A stretch of DNA of 64,000 bases from positions 1,124 through 65,123 of the forward strand of contig CAZSAP010000015.1 in the NCBI GenBank assembly GCA_964604705.1, in the 5' to 3' direction. Below, piece after piece: positions 1-9,985 of the stretch (its first letter is position 1; each line of letters opens with the position of its first letter). The notes beneath the pieces were generated by a model that was given only the letters and a program-made list of their open reading frames with translations, searched no databases and was not told the origin of the DNA. The DNA comes from an uncultured bacterium. GTDB taxonomy: Bacteria > Oederibacteriota > JAAXVQ01. The translations under genes and the position numbers were made by a program.

Positions 1-677
1 TCATGTTCCCCGGCATCGGCAAAACCTTTTTTACGAAGTAAGCACGATTCACAACGATCGCACGGACGACCTTCAGGTGTTGGGTTGTAACATGACGAGG
101 TTTTGGAAAAATCCACATTCAGCTCACGCCCCAGCCGAACAATCTCCGCCTTGGAGAGATGCAGCAGGGGAGCCGCGATGCGCAGCTTCCATCCGTCTTG
201 TACTCCGCCTTTGGTGGCCAAATCCGCCAGCCGTTCAAAGGCCTCAAAATACTCAGGGCGACAATCCGGATACCCTGAGTAATCCACGGCATTGGCCCCA
301 ATAAAGACCGCCTGGGCATTTAAGACTTCAGCCCACGCCAGCCCCAGGGAGAGAAAAATAGTATTGCGCGCAGGAACATAGGTGGCCGGAATCCCGTCAG
401 CGCCTATCTCGTCCCGGGCATCGGGAACCGGCATGGCCGAGGTTAGGGCCGATCCGCCAAAGGTGCGCAGATCCACGGTAACCACTTTGTGCTCCACCGC
501 ACCCAGGGATTCGGCCACCGCCCGGGCGCGCTCAATCTCCACCCGATGCCGTTGCCCGTAGTCAAAGGTCAGCGCATACGTGGCAAACCCTTCACGCTGC
601 GCGTACGCCAGCGTCACGGCGGAGTCCAAACCGCCCGAGAGCAACACCACTGCTTTTTTATGTTCGATATCTTTCAT
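1..677 (-). CDS. queC: 7-cyano-7-deazaguanine synthase QueC; the 3' end runs off the window edge, the start codon is at 675-677
   Basis: Minus-strand translation begins [31 protein letters not shown] (PP-loop SGGxDS). The C-terminal Cys cluster [24 protein letters not shown] is typical of QueC. This ORF is absent from the track because it reaches the edge. Confidence 0.85.
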   Translation of the reverse strand, partial: MKDIEHKKAVVLLSGGLDSAVTLAYAQREGFATYALTFDYGQRHRVEIERARAVAESLGAVEHKVVTVDLRTFGGSALTSAMPVPDARDEIGADGIPATYVPARNTIFLSLGLAWAEVLNAQAVFIGANAVDYSGYPDCRPEYFEAFERLADLATKGGVQDGWKLRIAAPLLHLSKAEIVRLGRELNVDFSKTSSCYNPTPEGRPCDRCESCLLRKKGFADAGEH

Positions 678-777
678 GAATACGTTTACATCCTTATCCG
701 TCAATGCGGCGCATTATACGCTTTCTTATTCGAGCATCCAATTTTTTTCTCACGGATTTAGCGACATCCATCCCAAA

Positions 778-812
778 AGCAAAACCCTCGCGAGTTTTCT
801 GCGAGGGTTTTA
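778..812 (-). terminator. Intrinsic terminator hairpin downstream of the PorP-like gene
   Basis: Perfect 9-bp stem AACCCTCGC/GCGAGGGTT with a 9-nt loop. The minus strand then reads GGTTTTGCTTTT. Confidence 0.55.
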
Positions 813-838
813 AAACGGGTGGGTAATCAAAAAATGCG

Positions 839-1780
839 TTAGAACAACACGCCAAAACTTATTTGATGCATCAAGCCCAATACACCGAACGAAGAAATGG
901 CGTAGTCCAAATAGGTCTTTTCGCCACGTGCACCGATGCCCAAGGAGAGCCCGCCCACACCACCTAGCTCCGAACGCGTCTTGTTGACGTATCCGGCGCG
1001 CAACGCCAGAAAACTGTACTGGTACTCGGTCCCCACATGCGGTGTGATCAAGGCGCTCCCTTGGCGTGAGTAATCCATGTCCGCGGAGAGTGTCCAGCGA
1101 TCATCCTCGACAAATTGAAAGGGCAATGCCACCTGAGCCCCGGCCCGAACCGTCAGGGGCAGAGAATACCCCGCCACTCCGGAGCCCACGTTCTGCAAGG
1201 CCACACCGATCATCATTTCGTCCTTGGTGGTCGCCCACTGCATGCCCACATCCCCAGCCCAGGCTGTGTACAGATGTCCCAAAATTTCATTCCGATAATA
1301 TTTGGCCACTACGCCCATGGTCAGTCCAGATGCCACCTTGTGTCCATAACCCAGCGAAAGCAACCACGTGCCCGGATGAAAGGTGCCGGTCACTTGTGGA
1401 ACCGAATCCACTTCCTCGGTTTGCTCCAAGGTCCCGTAGTTCACATACACGGCTTGTACACCCAACCCTCCGTTGGTGCCAATGGGTTGAACATACGCCA
1501 ATTGTTCCAGTGAGGTATCCTGAAGATAAAAGGAATGCATGCCCTCCAGCTGCGGCATGCCGGAGCGCCCCAACCCCGCCGGATTCCAGGACAACGAGCC
1601 CACCCCCAACGCCGAAGCCACGCAGGCACCGCCCCGGCCTACGTCGCGCGCGCCCAACTCCAGGCGCATCTCCGGAGCCCCGCTCCTGCCTGTATCCAAA
1701 TCGGTTTGATCCGCCCAACCGGGCAACACCGCGGCCAGAATCAAGCTTGCTGCCATCCACACGCCGGTCGTATGTTTCAT
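839..1780 (-). CDS. T9SS-associated outer-membrane beta-barrel protein (PorP/SprF- or PorV-like), signal peptide
   Basis: 313 aa with a cleavable N-terminal signal peptide (MKHTTGVWMAASLILAAVLPGWA). Gly/aromatic-rich alternating beta-strand pattern, NPAG motif, C-terminal aromatic residue. It lies immediately downstream of a T9SS CTD cargo gene, as in sprB/sprF-type pairs. Confidence 0.55.
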   Translation of the reverse strand: MKHTTGVWMAASLILAAVLPGWADQTDLDTGRSGAPEMRLELGARDVGRGGACVASALGVGSLSWNPAGLGRSGMPQLEGMHSFYLQDTSLEQLAYVQPIGTNGGLGVQAVYVNYGTLEQTEEVDSVPQVTGTFHPGTWLLSLGYGHKVASGLTMGVVAKYYRNEILGHLYTAWAGDVGMQWATTKDEMMIGVALQNVGSGVAGYSLPLTVRAGAQVALPFQFVEDDRWTLSADMDYSRQGSALITPHVGTEYQYSFLALRAGYVNKTRSELGGVGGLSLGIGARGEKTYLDYAISSFGVLGLMHQISFGVLF

Positions 1781-1792
1781 GGTGTCGTCCCC

Positions 1793-3862
1793 CTATTTCG
1801 CGATCGCAACTTTTTTGAATACATCCACCCATACGCGCCCGCCATGTCCTACAACCTTGACGTGGCAGAAGTAAATTCCAGAAGGAATGGAGGCTGCATC
1901 CCAAACGGTTTTCAATATCTCCTGGGGTTGACCAACGCGTTCCTCGGTAATTCCCGCTACTTTTTCACCGGTCAGTTTGAATACATCCAGATTTACAGTG
2001 ACAGCGCCTTCGGCCAGGTAACCGAAGGTGACCTTGTCAAACGCGGGGTTGGGATAGGCCAAGGTCTCACGCTGTTGGACCCAGGGGGTGATGGTGGAGG
2101 TTACGGTAATCGTAGGCGTCGGAGCTGTGCCGTAGGCAAACAATGCAAACTCAGATACTTCCACAGTCGCTCCCGCAGGCCCTTCAACGATCAAGAGCAG
2201 GTTAAAGTCACGCACACCGTTCCAGGTAATTCCATTGGCTGCGGCCATGGCCACTGGGTATTCAAACACATACTCGCCGATCAAACTGGAAACCGGACAA
2301 GCATCCACATACGCTTTGTCCCTGCTTGTTTCTTGAACCCCAATTTTCCACTTGGCGCCCGGTGAAACACTCTTCACATCAATGCGGATGTATTTGTACC
2401 GATCCACATCCGCTCTTACAGCCGGTGCCATAACCACACCGTACTTGGCTTCAGCCGTCCGCGATAAATAAGCATATCCGTTGGTGTATGAATATCGAAT
2501 ATACATGTTCTTTCCGGAGTCAGCGCCTTCATCCAACCACAGATCGGGTTTTTCATTGGGTGCGCCACGACCGCCCGGCACCAACTCAAAGGTTGTATTC
2601 CAGGCCGAATAAACCTCCGGAGTGGCTGTCGGCGTGGGAGGAATTCCATTGCTGTAAATCCGAATGTAATCAAGCACCACATAGGCTCCAGGCTGCCCTT
2701 CGACAATAACCACAAACTGGAACGTATGTGTCAAATCTCCGGACCCGGTCTTAGCCCAACCCATGACATCCGCAAAATTAAACGAATAGGCACCTATCGT
2801 TGTCTTGGATGCCGCTAAATCTTTATACGCACCTTGTCCTCCGATTTCCTGCACGCCCAACTTCCAGGCGGCGCCGTTTCCCACACTGATGACCCCTACT
2901 TCCACTTCTGAAAACCGCGACATATCGGCATATTTCGCAGGCGATGCAATTTTCCCCCAGGTGTCCGCGGCCGTGCGTGAAACCTTGACCCACGTGCTGT
3001 ATGAATCCCCAACGTACGTGATGCGTGCCTTGTTGCCGGCCACATCCGTATCATCTTCCCAATTGGGCGGTTTGGCGCCAAAGGTTCCGGCAAAATGCTC
3101 CAACCACAAATTGGTCGTGACGGGAGTATTGGTTATTGTAAACGTGCTCGTGTTAGCAGGAGTAGGCGTGATGGTGGGTGTAAACGTAGGCGTCCCAGCG
3201 TAGGGCGTGGATGTGGGTGTATGCGTGGATGTAGGTGTATACGTCGGTGAGTTGGGGTTTGTGGTTGGGGAGGCGGTTGGTGAATTGGGAACAGCACCGT
3301 CAAAAATGCGTATGGAATCGATCACAATGGATCCGCCCGTGCCCTCAGCCACCAGTTGGATCCCCATATTTTTGGTTCCACTCCAACCACCGCTTAGGGC
3401 TGGAATATCAATGACATAGGTTCCTGCAGACGTTATGGCTGAAGCCGATACGTGCTCCTCCCATGGGGAGGGTATAAAGACACCCACTTTGATTCCACCG
3501 GAATTTACGGCCGAGACCACTATTTCGATTTTAGGATACGTTGTAACATCCACATTTTGGGAAAACGAAAGTACTTTGCCCCAAGTCTGCCCAGTGGTTA
3601 CAGTTACATTGGCATACCCATCGGTCGCTGGGTAATACATCATGGCGTGAAACGATTGGTCATCGCCGTCGTCGTACCATCCCGCCGGTTTGGCCCCTGG
3701 AGTCCCGGCGCCAAACCCCTGAGTCCAAAAATCCACCGCCCAGCCTGCCTGCACACCGGCCCAACCGACACACAGCGCCACGCTCAAAAACCGGAGTCCC
3801 CATCGCCGCATAATTCCACCTCGTCTTAGAGTCTGATCCATAGTATTAGATGGATTACCCAT
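1793..3862 (-). CDS. Secreted multi-domain protein with a type-A T9SS C-terminal sorting domain (cargo protein); three tandem ~150-aa modules plus a Thr/Pro linker
   Basis: The C-terminal ~85 aa match the T9SS CTD pattern: AYPNPAFDKVTFGYL...VTVNLDVFKLTGEKV...WDAASIPSGIYFCHVKV...VFKKVAIAK. There is an N-terminal signal peptide (likely start at MRRWGLRFLSVALCVGWA, nt 3814). A PT-rich linker (PTASPTTNPNSPTYTPTSTHTPTSTP) separates three repeated modules. Confidence 0.7.
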   Translation of the reverse strand: MGNPSNTMDQTLRRGGIMRRWGLRFLSVALCVGWAGVQAGWAVDFWTQGFGAGTPGAKPAGWYDDGDDQSFHAMMYYPATDGYANVTVTTGQTWGKVLSFSQNVDVTTYPKIEIVVSAVNSGGIKVGVFIPSPWEEHVSASAITSAGTYVIDIPALSGGWSGTKNMGIQLVAEGTGGSIVIDSIRIFDGAVPNSPTASPTTNPNSPTYTPTSTHTPTSTPYAGTPTFTPTITPTPANTSTFTITNTPVTTNLWLEHFAGTFGAKPPNWEDDTDVAGNKARITYVGDSYSTWVKVSRTAADTWGKIASPAKYADMSRFSEVEVGVISVGNGAAWKLGVQEIGGQGAYKDLAASKTTIGAYSFNFADVMGWAKTGSGDLTHTFQFVVIVEGQPGAYVVLDYIRIYSNGIPPTPTATPEVYSAWNTTFELVPGGRGAPNEKPDLWLDEGADSGKNMYIRYSYTNGYAYLSRTAEAKYGVVMAPAVRADVDRYKYIRIDVKSVSPGAKWKIGVQETSRDKAYVDACPVSSLIGEYVFEYPVAMAAANGITWNGVRDFNLLLIVEGPAGATVEVSEFALFAYGTAPTPTITVTSTITPWVQQRETLAYPNPAFDKVTFGYLAEGAVTVNLDVFKLTGEKVAGITEERVGQPQEILKTVWDAASIPSGIYFCHVKVVGHGGRVWVDVFKKVAIAK

Positions 3863-3990
3863 GGATTTCTATCATACTTTTTCATTTATTTAGACTGAGC
3901 TGGGCTTGATTCCGTTTCGATCATTATATACCATATCGCGTTCTTTTAAAACGCTACTTTGTTTCAGGTATCCGGGTTTGACTTGATACA

Positions 3991-5088
3991 TTATTTTGAT
4001 TCAACAACAGCCATGAGCTTTTTTCCTAAATCCGCATTGGAATATACTCCCGCAAACCCCTGACTTCCGGCTCCTGCTGCAAATAAGGGAAGCATAATGC
4101 CTGAATGATCACGGCTGGAAAAGCGTACGTGCTGCTCAACTTTGGGCGAGGAGCCCGGAACCAGAAAAACAGCACCGGTCTCATGATCGGCCGTGACCAC
4201 CAACAACGTGTCCGGGTGTGTCTGGACAAAGTTCCATGCGGCCTGAACCGCACCATTAAAATCACTTAATTCCGACATCAAATCCCGGGTATCGTTTTGG
4301 TGACATGCCCAGTCGATCTGGGACCCCTCGATCATCAATACAAACCCTTTCTCCGAGCGAGCCGGTAGCCAGGCCAACGCCTTGGTTGTTAATTCCGCGC
4401 TGGTAAACGAACGATGGTGGGCTTGGGGCAACGCTTCGGGAGCAAACATTCCCAAAATCGGCCTATCGGTGGCTTCCACCCCAGATAATTCACCCACATC
4501 TTGAATAACCCAATATTTTTTCTTTTCCAGTTCCTGCAACAGATCCCGTTCGTCTTTCCTGCGACTTCCCTTTGCAAAGGCCGGGACAAAATACGCCCAA
4601 CCTCCACCCAAGTACAAATCCAACCGACTCTCCGGCAAAAATTCGGCTATTTGCGCATATTGCTCCCGATGGGGGACATGCGCAAAGAAAGCCGCAGGGG
4701 TGGCATTGGTGATTTCACACGTGGTGATCATGCCTGTAGCCTTTCCATTTTCCTTGGCGTATTCCAAAAGCGTTTTCAAAGGTTTCCCGCCAGCGCTCCA
4801 TGACACGGTTCCGTTTTTCACTTTATGCCCAGTGGCCAAAGCCGTAGCCGCAGCCGCAGAATCGGTCACCCAGCCGTCCTCGGGTTTGTTTTCCACCAGC
4901 CCAATGACGGGGAATTGCTTAAGTACGGAATCCGGATGTTCCTCCAGCATGGTGGTCACCTGTGCCAGCCCCATGCCGTCTCCAATCATAAAAATAATGT
5001 TTTTAATTTGGATGTCTTGGGCCTGCACGATAAGCGGAATCCACAAATACGCGAGAAGAACACAGCCTAGCCAATGTTTGTGCATAAT
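3991..5088 (-). CDS. Alkaline phosphatase (PhoA family), secreted
   Basis: Motifs IFMIGDGMG, VTDSAAAATALATG (nucleophile Ser) and VTADHETG. Signal peptide MHKHWLGCVLLAYLWIPLIVQAQ. The track ORF extends to 5142, but the start is more likely at MHKH (5088). Confidence 0.75.
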   Translation of the reverse strand: MMHKHWLGCVLLAYLWIPLIVQAQDIQIKNIIFMIGDGMGLAQVTTMLEEHPDSVLKQFPVIGLVENKPEDGWVTDSAAAATALATGHKVKNGTVSWSAGGKPLKTLLEYAKENGKATGMITTCEITNATPAAFFAHVPHREQYAQIAEFLPESRLDLYLGGGWAYFVPAFAKGSRRKDERDLLQELEKKKYWVIQDVGELSGVEATDRPILGMFAPEALPQAHHRSFTSAELTTKALAWLPARSEKGFVLMIEGSQIDWACHQNDTRDLMSELSDFNGAVQAAWNFVQTHPDTLLVVTADHETGAVFLVPGSSPKVEQHVRFSSRDHSGIMLPLFAAGAGSQGFAGVYSNADLGKKLMAVVESK

Positions 5089-5125
5089 AACCTCACACTT
5101 GTTTTTTCTAATAGTTCCCCTGAAC

Positions 5126-6625
5126 TCAAAACAGCGATCCATCGGGTGCCGTGAGAAACAGCTTGGTCGGACGATCCAATCGTGGCTCGGACGCCGGGAG
5201 ATTCAGGATGCCCGAGGTTTGATACAAGCGGTCCTCCAATTCTTCACGCAACATGGACCCATGTAAATACGCACAAAAACTGGCATAAATCCCCTCGGAC
5301 GTGCACAAGCCCAAACGCATCTCGCGGGCCCGGTTCACCACTTCACCCGGAAACGCCGCTGGGCGCGCCTCGGTAGGTTCATGCAACCGGTAATGGTTGA
5401 AAACCAACAAGCCCTTCCAAATGCGTCCGTCGGACTCTTGGGCAAAAATGGCGTGCCGCAGCAAGACCTGCAAATCGCCTGTTTCGGCTGGGCCGGAACG
5501 CCCGGCTGCATCCAACAACATTTTTCCGTGCCGGGTATGCAAAACCAGAAGCTCCGGAGCCGGCGGAAAAACCTTCACCGTAAACTCCATCCGCCGCAAC
5601 ACTTCGGCCAAGGCCTGACGGAGGTTATCCCCATGTTCGTACAACAACGCTTTGCATCTCTGCAGCTCCCGGTAAGCACGAAAACAACGTTTCTGCTCGC
5701 GTTCTGCTGCCTTGATGCGCCGCTGAGCCTCGTTGATGCGTTGTTCCAAAGACTCTTCCCCAGGAACATGAAACGCCTCGGCCCACTCGGGCATAACGCT
5801 CTTGGCCGGCAACCCTTTGGCTTCTTCCACCAACAAGTCAATGCCTTGCTCACGGGAAATCTTACTCGGCGGAGGAAGCAGGTGCAAATAATCGGAGATG
5901 AATTTGATCTTGGGCTCTTCGTGTTCACCTTCGCGTTGGCGTACCCCGAAACACAACGACGCCGCCAAGGGTTTGCCATAACGATTCAAAGCCAGAGGCA
6001 GACTTTGCCAAAACACTTCTTCGTCCTCGGCCAGTTTGTCTTCGGCACGCAGGCGTTCTTCAATGTAGTTTAAATTGGCTGTGGGATTGATGTACCCTTC
6101 CCACCCGGTCACGTGACGCAGGTAATCCGCAAATTTGACATCCTCTTCGATGAGCATGCTCTCGCCGCGAATTTCCGTAAGGGAAAAGCCCAACGGGGAC
6201 CACTTGAGGTTGGACCACTCGGGTTCCACCGAACCATCGGGAAAATACAAATACGAGCCAAAGGCTAAAAACGGCGCCAGAATGCAATACACTTCCCCGC
6301 CGGAGAGCATCAGGTCAAACACCTGCTGCCGCAAATTCAACAAACGGTCTTTATCGACACGCGTGAGTTTGACCAAATTGACACGATCAAGGGATTCAAG
6401 GTTTAAGATCACAACATCAAAATCCGCGAGATTGGGAATCTCATCCAGCCAGCCGACGCAGGTCACCGTACGGCGTTGCGTGGAACCCACCACCAGCACG
6501 CGCTTGGCGCGGGAATCCAAGCGATAAAAATCCCGCGTCATCTCATCCAAACGCGCATCGGATGTTTCCGGCAACCCGGCTATGTTGACATGGCGAACCT
6601 TACCTTGCATGCAGACTCCTTGCAC
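5126..6625 (-). CDS. Hypothetical 499-aa cytoplasmic protein of unrecognised family with a central coiled coil
   Basis: Long uninterrupted ORF between argS and phoA. No signal peptide, TM segment or motif I can assign. Coiled-coil segment EESLEQRINEAQRRIKAAEREQKRCFRAYRELQRCKALL. The C-terminal region has a beta-strand/acidic pattern that could be a nuclease-like fold. Confidence 0.6.
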   Translation of the reverse strand: MQGVCMQGKVRHVNIAGLPETSDARLDEMTRDFYRLDSRAKRVLVVGSTQRRTVTCVGWLDEIPNLADFDVVILNLESLDRVNLVKLTRVDKDRLLNLRQQVFDLMLSGGEVYCILAPFLAFGSYLYFPDGSVEPEWSNLKWSPLGFSLTEIRGESMLIEEDVKFADYLRHVTGWEGYINPTANLNYIEERLRAEDKLAEDEEVFWQSLPLALNRYGKPLAASLCFGVRQREGEHEEPKIKFISDYLHLLPPPSKISREQGIDLLVEEAKGLPAKSVMPEWAEAFHVPGEESLEQRINEAQRRIKAAEREQKRCFRAYRELQRCKALLYEHGDNLRQALAEVLRRMEFTVKVFPPAPELLVLHTRHGKMLLDAAGRSGPAETGDLQVLLRHAIFAQESDGRIWKGLLVFNHYRLHEPTEARPAAFPGEVVNRAREMRLGLCTSEGIYASFCAYLHGSMLREELEDRLYQTSGILNLPASEPRLDRPTKLFLTAPDGSLF

Positions 6626-6677
6626 GAACTGTTGATAGGAACAAGGCCTGCCTTGCCCCCATGCCCAACAGTCTTTA

Positions 6678-8357
6678 TTACATACTTTCCGGTGCGCTGA
6701 TTCCCAACAAGGTCAATCCGTTCTGGAAAACGATGCGAATCGCATCAATCAAAGCCAACCGCGCCTCCGAACGCGCCTTGTCTTCGGCTTCCAACACACG
6801 ACAAACTGTATAAAACCGGTGAAACTCCGTGGCCAAATCCCTCAGGTAAAACGCCAGCCCGTGCGGTTCCAAATTGCGCGCGGCATTCTCAAGAACTTCG
6901 GGAAACGCCATCAGCGATCGAATCACCGCCAATTCCTCAGCGACCAAAGGCTGCGGCAACGCCACCGTGCTCGTGACGGCCGGCAACGTCCATCCTTCAC
7001 TCACCGCTTTGCGGATAATGCTGCATATGCGCGCATGGGCATACTGCACGTAGAAAACCGGATTCTCATCCGTATGTTTGCGGGCCAAATCCAGATCGAA
7101 ATCCAAATGCGCATCGGTGCTGCGCATGAGGAAGAAAAAGCGTGCCACATCACGCCCCACATCCTTAATCAGGTCGGCCATGGTGATAAAGATACCGGCC
7201 CGTTTGGACATGGCCACCGGCTGACCGTTTTCGAGCAGGTTTACCTGTTGTGCAATCAAGACGCGAAACGCATCCGGCTCGTGCCCCAACGCCTGCATGG
7301 ACGCCTTCATACGGGCAATGTACCCGTGGTGATCCGGTCCCCAAATGTCCACCAGTTCCCCAAAGCCGCGATTGAACTTGTCCCGATGGTAGGCAATGTC
7401 CGCCGCAATGTAGGCCGGAACCCCGTCGGCCTTGATCAACACCCGGTCTTTGTCGTCCCCAAACTCCGTGGACTTGAACCATACGGCCCCTTCGTGTTCA
7501 AAGATGTATCCTCGGGTCTTAAGGTCGTCCATGGCCGCAGCCACCTGTCCGGATTGATGCAGGGTTAATTCCGAAAACCAATTCTCAAATTCCACACCAA
7601 ACTCAGCCAGATCGCGCCTATGGGAAGCCACCATTCGGGCCACGCCTTCGCTGCGAAAAATCTCTGCCGCTTCTTCCAGCGAGGCGGACGCCAAGGGTCC
7701 TGCCTGCGCTTGCGCACAGTCCAACGCACAAGGCAACACGTACTCGCCTTGATACCCTTCTTCCGGCACCGGGACGTCTTCGCCCAGCGATTGGCGCCAA
7801 CGCGCATACAAGGAACGCCCGAAAAGGCGCGCCTGGTTGCCCGCGTCGTTGATGTAATATTCTTTTTGCGTGTCCACTCCTTGACTGCGCAAAATGCGAG
7901 CCAGCGTATCACCCACAGCCGCAGCTCGAGCCGAAACAATATTAAGCGGGCCCACGGGATTGGCCGAGACAAACTCCAACAATAAGCGACGCCCCTGCCC
8001 CCAGGTGTCGGTCCCATACAGGACCCCTTGCTCACGCACGGCTTTGACTTCATGCATCAACGCGGCGGGTTGCAAATGCAAATTAACAAATCCAGGCCCT
8101 GCAATGTCCACCCGTGCAAGCAACTCGGACCCTAGCGTTTCAAGCTTGGCTTTCAACTTTTCCGCAATGACCTTGGGCGCCAGACGGCAGGGTTTGGCCA
8201 GCTTCATGGCGGCATTCGTAGCATAGTCCCCATGGTCCGGGGACGCCGGATGCTCAACATCCAAAACCACCTCGGCCTCGGCAGGAACCACCCCCTCGGC
8301 CTTAAGCGCATTCACTGCCTGCAAAAGCACTGCTTTAACCCGTTGACGTAAATACAC
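6678..8357 (-). CDS. argS: Arginine--tRNA ligase
   Basis: 559 aa. ArgS N-terminal add-1 domain, FVSANPVGPLNIVSAR region and the QPVAMSKRAG (MSK-type) motif near the C-terminus. Confidence 0.9.
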   Translation of the reverse strand: MYLRQRVKAVLLQAVNALKAEGVVPAEAEVVLDVEHPASPDHGDYATNAAMKLAKPCRLAPKVIAEKLKAKLETLGSELLARVDIAGPGFVNLHLQPAALMHEVKAVREQGVLYGTDTWGQGRRLLLEFVSANPVGPLNIVSARAAAVGDTLARILRSQGVDTQKEYYINDAGNQARLFGRSLYARWRQSLGEDVPVPEEGYQGEYVLPCALDCAQAQAGPLASASLEEAAEIFRSEGVARMVASHRRDLAEFGVEFENWFSELTLHQSGQVAAAMDDLKTRGYIFEHEGAVWFKSTEFGDDKDRVLIKADGVPAYIAADIAYHRDKFNRGFGELVDIWGPDHHGYIARMKASMQALGHEPDAFRVLIAQQVNLLENGQPVAMSKRAGIFITMADLIKDVGRDVARFFFLMRSTDAHLDFDLDLARKHTDENPVFYVQYAHARICSIIRKAVSEGWTLPAVTSTVALPQPLVAEELAVIRSLMAFPEVLENAARNLEPHGLAFYLRDLATEFHRFYTVCRVLEAEDKARSEARLALIDAIRIVFQNGLTLLGISAPESM

Positions 8358-8413
8358 GTTTGCGATTCCTCATACTTTCAAAAAATGGGTCCAGCCAATC
8401 CAACCCGCGTTGT

Positions 8414-9985
8414 TTATTTGGACCATGTCTCGTGGTCTTTGCCTACAATCACCGTTACCGTGGGATTGTTCTTATCCAATTGCACCTGCATGTCCTTCAG
8501 GCCCAGCATCTTAGCAATTCCCCGGGCCCAGGGCAAGTTTTTCGCATTGGTCCGAACCAAGGTCGTGGCGAAATTAAAATTCGCAGCATTGGTTACGTTT
8601 TTCATCGAGATCTGCACTCCCTGCCGGACCATTTTATCGGCCAAGGTCTTGCACACACCCGGTGCGCCGCACCCGTTTAAAATGCGTATCACAGGTTGCG
8701 CCCCCTTGGGCCAGGACACTTTCACGTTTCTATTCCGCACACCGGTGGTCGCCTTGAGTGTAGTTGAAACCGGAGTCGCCGCCACTTTGGCTTTTACAAC
8801 CGGAGTCTGAATGGGCGTGGCCTTTCCAAACACCTCGGTGGTCATGGTAATGGCCATCGGCGTACTCTTGGCAACCGGTTTTTTCACGGCAACGGGCGTA
8901 GCCGCAGGGACCGGCGTGAGTTCGTTGGCGGCTTCCGGTTCGGCCTCTTCATGTGTCTTTTCAGCCAACTCTGTTGTCGTGTCAGGTTCAGCCGTGCTTG
9001 GGGGCGTGACCACGGGTGTCGGTTGGACCTGTGGCGGACGTCCCATATTGGCCATCAGCATTTTCACGCCCGAAGGATCCGCCTGCCAATACGGCACACC
9101 CTGCACGTACACGGTTTGACCGGGCAATATGGCCTGGCGCCAGGAATACCCGGCAATGCTTTTCATTTCCAGGGCAAGAAAAACGGCCGTTGAAAAATTT
9201 AAATCGGTCTCAATCTGGTGCAAAAAGGCATAAAACGCCTTGACCGTTCGCGGGAGTTGCGTAAAGCCCATGAGCTGGGACACAAACGCTTTGACAAAAC
9301 CCTGCTGCCGCCGCATGCGGCCCACATCGCCTTCATCATCGCTGCGAAAACGCACATAATTCAAAGCTTGCCGACCGTCCAACAACTGATAGCCTGGGGC
9401 CAAGTCAATATGAATCCCACCGGTCTGATCCGTGTAGCGCATTTGCTTGGCAATCACCATGGGGACTCCGCCCATGGCATCCACCAAAGAAATAAACCCG
9501 GTGTACCGGACATGAATGACATAGTGGATTTTCACACCCAAAAGGTTTTCAATGGTCGAACGCGTCATGGCCAGCGCATAGGCCCGTCCATTCAGCGCAT
9601 TGCCGTAGGCATATACGGCGTTGATCTTCAACATTCCCCGTTTCGGCAGAACCACTTGGGTATCTCTTGGGACCGAAAGCATGGAGAGACGTCGCGGCAG
9701 GGGGCGCCAGTGCAAGAGCATGATGGTATCCGTATGTTGCGCATAGTCGACGTCATCGGTGCCCAAGACCAAAATATTGACCGAGGCCAGACTGAGGTAT
9801 AAAACGCTTCCTGCCAAAATGACCAAAAACAGCAAGCGAACCCAAAACCGCCAAGCCGGTTTGTTACCATCCTCTTCCAGTTCAACGTGCTGAACATGCG
9901 AACCTGTCATATGAGCCCATAAACGTTTGGTTTCAAGGCGCAAAGAGGTTCCAACAGATTTGCGCTTATACCGGTTGCGATTCAA
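8414..9985 (-). CDS. LytR-CpsA-Psr (LCP) family protein with a C-terminal LytR_C domain
   Basis: Single N-terminal TM, then the LCP core (VLGTDDVD...DTIMLLHW...LSVPRDTQV). Ser/Thr/Pro/Ala-rich linker. C-terminal LytR_C-like domain (VIRILNGCGAPGVCKTLADKM...). Confidence 0.75.
   Translation of the reverse strand: MNRNRYKRKSVGTSLRLETKRLWAHMTGSHVQHVELEEDGNKPAWRFWVRLLFLVILAGSVLYLSLASVNILVLGTDDVDYAQHTDTIMLLHWRPLPRRLSMLSVPRDTQVVLPKRGMLKINAVYAYGNALNGRAYALAMTRSTIENLLGVKIHYVIHVRYTGFISLVDAMGGVPMVIAKQMRYTDQTGGIHIDLAPGYQLLDGRQALNYVRFRSDDEGDVGRMRRQQGFVKAFVSQLMGFTQLPRTVKAFYAFLHQIETDLNFSTAVFLALEMKSIAGYSWRQAILPGQTVYVQGVPYWQADPSGVKMLMANMGRPPQVQPTPVVTPPSTAEPDTTTELAEKTHEEAEPEAANELTPVPAATPVAVKKPVAKSTPMAITMTTEVFGKATPIQTPVVKAKVAATPVSTTLKATTGVRNRNVKVSWPKGAQPVIRILNGCGAPGVCKTLADKMVRQGVQISMKNVTNAANFNFATTLVRTNAKNLPWARGIAKMLGLKDMQVQLDKNNPTVTVIVGKDHETWSK

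Noticed and set aside
3862-3991. Possible sigma-70-like promoter (TTTTAA-17-TATAAT on the minus strand, around 3924-3951) for the T9SS cargo gene
   Set aside because: The -35 element is weak. The region is simply AT-rich, and many such matches occur by chance. It is not reported as a feature without TSS data.
3991-6625. BREX-like reading of the unknown 499-aa protein because the neighbouring gene is an alkaline-phosphatase-superfamily protein (PglZ-like?)
   Set aside because: The neighbour has a signal peptide and the classical PhoA catalytic motifs (DGMG, DSAAAATA, ADHETG), so it is a secreted phosphatase, not PglZ. No other BREX components (BrxC ATPase, methyltransferase) are present.
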